Of a stretch of DNA of 64,000 nucleotides, positions 59,417 to 64,000 are shown piece after piece. Under the pieces are notes generated by a model, which was not told the DNA's origin, did not search any database, and saw only the letters and a program-made list of their open reading frames with translations. How positions within the stretch are numbered: the stretch's first letter is position 1; the number at the start of each line of letters is the position of its first letter. The translations under genes were made by a program, and so were the position numbers. Source of the DNA: Candidatus Aenigmatarchaeota archaeon (GTDB lineage: Archaea > Aenigmatarchaeota > Aenigmatarchaeia > CG10238-14 > SpSt-28); NCBI GenBank assembly GCA_038733315.1, contig JAVYPJ010000001.1, positions 231,863 through 295,862 on the forward strand, given 5' to 3'.

Positions 59417-62400
59417 ATTAAGCCCGCCGGTGGATGCCTCGGCTCGGGGGCCGAAGAAGGGCGTACCAAGCTGCGATAAGCCCGGGGTAGGCGCAAGGAG
59501 CCTTTGATCCCGGGATCCCCGAATGGGAATCCTGCTAGGGATTTAAGATCCCTAGCACTCGAGCCTTATGCTCGAGGGGGAACGGGGGGAAGTGAAGCAT
59601 CTCAGTACCCCCAGGAAAAGAAATCAAAAGAGATGCCGGGAGTAGGGGCGACCGAAACCGGCAGAGGGCAAACCGAACCCTATGGCGATAAGCTATAGGG
59701 AATGTGGAGTTGTAGGACCCGGGTCTATCCTATCCCTCCTACCCGAAGTCCGCTGGAACGCGGCGCCATAGAGGGTGATAGCCCCGTAGGGGAAAGGAGG
59801 GAGGGATAATGCCGGATATCCTGAGTACCACTGCGTGATTTCGCAGTGGGAAGCTGGGGGGCATTACCCTCCAACTCTAAATACTCCCCGAGTCCGATAG
59901 CGAACTAAGTATTGTGAAAGAAAGGTGAAAAGAACTGCGGGAGCAGTGTGAAAAGAGCCTGAAACCGGCGGGTTATAGTTAGCTATGGCCCGAAAGCATA
60001 CCCTCTCAGAAGAGTTTAAAGACTCGATGAGAGGGTTGCGGGGTCATAGCGTCCGTGTTGAAAAACGGGCCAGGGAGTGTAGGGAAGTGGCGAGCTTAAG
60101 AGAGTTAATCTCGAAGGCGTAGCGAAAGCGATTCCCCGCAGCGCAAAACGCGCGAGGGGGAAGGTCTGAAAGGGCCTTAAGTCACTTCCCTACAACCGGA
60201 AGCCGGGCGATCTAGGCCGGGGCAGGGTGAAGGGAGGCTTAATGCCTCCTGGAGGCCCGAAGGGGTGGTGAAATGCCAATCCCTCCTCTGACCCCGGTCT
60301 AGGGGTGATAAGCCAAACGAGCCCGGTTATAGCCGGTTCCCCCCGAATCAGCCTACAGGCTAGCCTCCCCGGAGCATTCCTGATGTGTAGAGTTACTGAT
60401 TGGATGGTAAGGGCCGAAAGGCTCGGCCATCCAGTCAAACTCCGAAACATCAGGATGCTAAGAAGGGGGGAGTTGGGGCGCTGGGGAAAGCTCGGCGTCC
60501 GAAAGGGAAACAACCCGGCCCCGGGTTAAGGTCCCAAAGTGACCTCTAAGTGCCGAAGGGGTTAACCCCCTTAGACAGCGGGGCTGTGGGCCTAGAAGTA
60601 GCCATCAGCTAAGAAGTGTGTAACAACTTACCCGCCGAGGGGGTTAGCCCTGAAAAAGGAAGGGACTAAGAGGTCCACCGAGACCCGGGACCACCTAGCT
60701 AAGCTAGGTGGTGGTAGGGGGGCGTACCATGGGCGTAGAAGGGGGTAGGTAACTACCTCTGGAGCCCATGGTAATGCAGATCCTGGCAGCAGTAGCAACT
60801 TAGTAGGGTGAGAATCCCTACCCCCTAAGGAGCCAGGGTTTGCCGGCAATGTTCATCAGCCGGCAGTTAGTCGGTCCTAAGGGTAGGGTTAATCTACCTA
60901 CCCGAAAGGGAAGCCGGTTAATATTCCGGCACCGCCCCCATACGTGCGGCAACGCAAGTTCTACTGGTGACGCTTTGGGCTAGGCGGAGGTAACCCAAGC
61001 CTATAAGCCCCCGGAGTCTTGTAATGAGGAGAAGGGGGTGAAATGGCGATGGGCCTAGTGTATGCTAGGTTCCGCTGATGCCTAGAGCCCGTGAAAAGCC
61101 AGTAGAAAAGGATTGGGGGCGACCGTACCGAGAACCGGCACTGGTGCTCTGGCTGAGAAGGCTAAGGGGGTGCGGGATACTCCACCCTAGGGAACTCGGC
61201 AAGTTAGCCTCGTATGTTCGCTAGAAGGGGTGCCTGGGCTCTTGAACTATCGCTTAGCGAAAAGCTAGGTGATAGGTAGGGAGCCCAGGTCGCAGTGACA
61301 TGGGGAGGGCGACTGTTTAATAAAAACATAGGGGACTGCAAGTCCGAAAGGATGTGTACAGTCCCCGAGGCCTGCCCAGCGGGGGTGTGTGAAAGCCGGT
61401 TTCAACCGGCCGAAGCCACCTCCGAGCGGCGGCGGTAACTCTGACCGTCGTAAAGTACCGTAATTTCTTGCCGCTTAATTGGCGGCCAGGGAACGGCCTA
61501 ACGACCCTCCTACTGTCCCAGGGTGGAACCCGGCGAAAATACCTTTCCGGTGAATAGGCCGGAGACCCTCAGCGGGAAGCATAGACCCCGTGGAGCTTTA
61601 CTGCAGCCTGGCGTTGCTTCTTGGACAGGGGTACGTAGAGTAGGTGGGAGCAATGAAAATATGGTTTCGGCCATGTTGGATGCGAAAGTGAAACACCACC
61701 TATCTCTGTCTGAGAAGCTAACTCATACGAGGACAGCGTCAGGTGGGCAGTTTGACTGGGGCGGTCTCCTCCGAAAAGATATCGGAGGAGCCCTAAGGTC
61801 AGCTCAGGCGGGTCAGAAATCCGCCGTAGAGTGCAAGGGCAAAAGCTGGCCTGACTGGGTTCTGACTACAAAGAACCCAGAGGCGAAAGCCGGGCCTAGC
61901 GATACGCTGGTCGCCTGTAATGGGCACCAGTGGTAACGGAAAAGCTACCCCGGGGATAATGGATCCGTGGCCAGCGAGAGTCCATATCGACCTGGCGCGT
62001 TGAAACGTAGCTTTCGGCTCCCCCCCTCCTGGGTGTGCAGAAGCACCCAAGGGTACAGGTGCCCACTGGTTAAAGGGGGACGTTAGCTGGGTTTAGAACG
62101 TGGTGACACAGTTCGGTAGGTATCTGCTGAGGGTGCAGGGGGTCTGACCGGAGCGACCTCCTAGTACGAAAGGAACGGAGGTCGGGAGCCTCTGGTCTAT
62201 CGGTTGTTAATCGCAAGCCGAGCAGCTACGCTCCAGGGGATAAGCCCTGAAAGCATCTAAGGGCGAAGCCCCCCGGTAAAACAGACCCCCATTCGTATCG
62301 CTGGGAGAAATCTCGGCGGTACGACGAAGCCCCTCCTAGACGAGGAGGTTGATGGGGTGGGGGTGTAAGCGTCGAGCTTTCGAGCGAGGCGCGAGCCCGC

Positions 62401-62430
62401 CACTCCCAATAAGGCTAGGCCACTAATCCA
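59405..62430 (+). rRNA. rrl: 23S rRNA, unlinked from 16S/5S, no intron evident
   Basis: GGTGGATG, GAAGCATCTCAGTA, P-loop GACTGGGGCGG, GGGATAA, CTGGGTTTAGA, SRL AGTACGAAAGGAAC; ~3.0 kb; mature ends approximate. Confidence 0.98.
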
Positions 62431-62454
62431 GCTAAAATCTTGCATCTCCTCTCT
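62419..62454 (+). other. 3' strand of the 23S processing stem with bulge-helix-bulge
   Basis: GCCACTAATCCA-GCTA-AAA(bulge)-TCTTGCATCTCCTCTCT. Confidence 0.92.
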
Positions 62455-62498
62455 ATATCGAAAAGGTATTTATACTTTTTCTTATATAAATTAATGCT

Positions 62499-62690
62499 AT
62501 GATAATTCCAGTTAGATGTTTTACATGTGGAAAGGTTATTGGACATTTATGGGAAGAATATGAAAGAAGAGTTAAGAATGGTGAAGAACCAAAAAAAGTT
62601 TTGGATGAGTTGGGATTAAAAAAATACTGTTGTAGACAAATTCTACTAACTCATAGGGAGCTAATAAAAGAAATAGCAAGATTTAAATAA
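62499..62690 (+). CDS. rpoN: RNA polymerase subunit N (Rpo10)
   Basis: [12 protein letters not shown]...YCCR. Confidence 0.97.
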   Translation: MIIPVRCFTCGKVIGHLWEEYERRVKNGEEPKKVLDELGLKKYCCRQILLTHRELIKEIARFK

Positions 62691-62938
62691 TGTTCCCAAA
62701 AGATAGACTAACGAGATTTGAAGTAGCGAGAATAATCTCTGCAAGAGCTTTACAAATAGAATTCGGGGCACCTTGTTTTGTAAGTATTACGGGAAATTCC
62801 ATAGAGAAAGCAAAAGAGGAATTTAGAAAAAAACTAATACCTTTAACTGTCAGAAGAAGGTTGCCTAATGGAGAAGTTGTTGAAATAGATTTGGATAAAG
62901 CTATTGATAATTGGTTGAAAGAGCACGGCGACGTTTAA
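62690..62938 (+). CDS. rpoK: RNA polymerase subunit K (Rpo6)
   Basis: LTRFE.ARII.ARALQI..GAP, IPLTVRR.LP. Confidence 0.95.
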   Translation: MFPKDRLTRFEVARIISARALQIEFGAPCFVSITGNSIEKAKEEFRKKLIPLTVRRRLPNGEVVEIDLDKAIDNWLKEHGDV

Positions 62939-63515
62939 ATATTAGGAATAAAACAAAGATTACTATACAAAGTATTAGTAAAAAAGCGAATAATAAAGGA
63001 GTTTTTTGATTGTTTATTTCTTCGTTTTTTCTCTCTATGTTTTCTTCGCTGTTTTTTAAATTTTCAAAACTTTTTAAAGTCATGTTTTTTAAATCTATCC
63101 TAAATTCTTTAACTTTTCTTTCTTTTGAATAAATTTCTAATATCTTTGAGTTGTTCGGTAAAAAGATTATAGTGTTTTTAACTATTGATGAAACTTCCTC
63201 TATTCTTTTACCTTTTCTTAAATCAAAAACTTCTGTATAGAATTCATCTTCACTATAGTTTATACATTTATTATTTATTATTTTATTATTTTCGTCTAAA
63301 ACAATTATTTTTACTTTTTCACATGTTTCGTTTTCTTCACTTTCTGCAACATTAAAATTCTGATAATCCTTAGAATAAAAATAATATGTCGATAAAGAAA
63401 CTTCATCACTTCTATCTATTGATAAATATAAGTGTAAATATAGCTGAGAAAATGCGGAACTAGAAATTAAGTTAGAGAAAATGATTAAAGCTAATATAAT
63501 TACGATTTTTTTCAT
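62901..63515 (-). CDS. Secreted protein with C-terminal membrane anchor
   Basis: Signal peptide, C-terminal TM followed by KRRR. Confidence 0.65.
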   Translation of the reverse strand: MKKIVIILALIIFSNLISSSAFSQLYLHLYLSIDRSDEVSLSTYYFYSKDYQNFNVAESEENETCEKVKIIVLDENNKIINNKCINYSEDEFYTEVFDLRKGKRIEEVSSIVKNTIIFLPNNSKILEIYSKERKVKEFRIDLKNMTLKSFENLKNSEENIERKNEEINNQKTPLLFAFLLILCIVIFVLFLIFKRRRALSTNYQ

Positions 63516-64000
63516 AATCTTTTTATATATTTAGCTTTTCTATAAAAGTAAAAAAATAGAAACGCTGACAAAATTATAACAAAAAAAAGTAATAATGGTG
63601 CGATTGGTACGCGAGAAGCCTCTATTATACAATCTGGATCTTCTTCACAATCTTCTTCACAAATACCATCTTTTATATTTAAGCAAATTTTTTGTTTTTC
63701 TTTTTGTTTTTCTTCAATACAGTCCAAATCTATTCCAGGCAAACAATCTGGATCACAAACTCCATCCTTTTCTTTAATACAAACTCCATCCTTTTTATTT
63801 AAAGGACAGTCTGTTGGGCAACTCAGATAACTTTCGTATTCCTCGCAAATTCCATTTAGATTGCATAGTGAAAATTCTGTAGAAAAAATTTCTTTTTCAT
63901 CTTTATAAATTTTTAAATATTTATATTCAACGTGTTTATCATATAGAAATCTTACATGAAAATACGCAGAGTTTGTTGGAGTAGGAGGATCGCTCAAAAT
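63512..64000 (-). CDS. Membrane-anchored protein with Cys/Asp-rich repeats (5'-partial at window edge)
   Basis: CNLNGICE..ESYLSCPTDC, DGVCDPDC...DLDC, DGICEEDC..DPDC, C-terminal TM. Confidence 0.7.
   Translation of the reverse strand: MLSDPPTPTNSAYFHVRFLYDKHVEYKYLKIYKDEKEIFSTEFSLCNLNGICEEYESYLSCPTDCPLNKKDGVCIKEKDGVCDPDCLPGIDLDCIEEKQKEKQKICLNIKDGICEEDCEEDPDCIIEASRVPIAPLLLFFVIILSAFLFFYFYRKAKYIKRL

Noticed and set aside
59405..62430. Intron or homing endonuclease in the 23S
   Set aside because: Length is ~3.0 kb with no AT-rich insertion, and domain V is colinear with E. coli.
59504..62445. ORFs predicted inside the GC-rich region
   Set aside because: They lie within the 23S rRNA and have no protein motifs.

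Overview
AT-rich archaeal genome segment, most consistent with a thermophilic DPANN-type lineage. This is inferred from the archaeal LeuRS, RpoN/RpoK, Alba and Tyw1, a GC-rich stand-alone 23S rRNA and very tight gene packing. Housekeeping content: tRNA-Gly(TCC), tRNA-Val(GAC), leuS, thrS, cysS, glycogen genes, a tRNA sulfur/radical-SAM modification cluster, an ABC/S-layer triplet and rpoN/rpoK. Accessory region (~10-37 kb): an N6-methyltransferase plus PLD-SNF2 helicase defence pair, a 33-repeat CRISPR array with a complete type I-A/I-B-like cas operon, two AAA_14/DUF4143 ATPases, a cas6 relic and an ATPase relic. The most striking observations are at the 23S locus. (i) A box C/D-like RNA in the 5' leader carries a guide complementary to this rRNA's own A-loop, and the D+5 rule lands exactly on U2552. 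(ii) The peptidyl-transferase centre has many substitutions at normally near-invariant positions, some compensatory. (iii) A perfect bulge-helix-bulge sits almost directly on helix 1. All calls were made by eye; no database searches were run.
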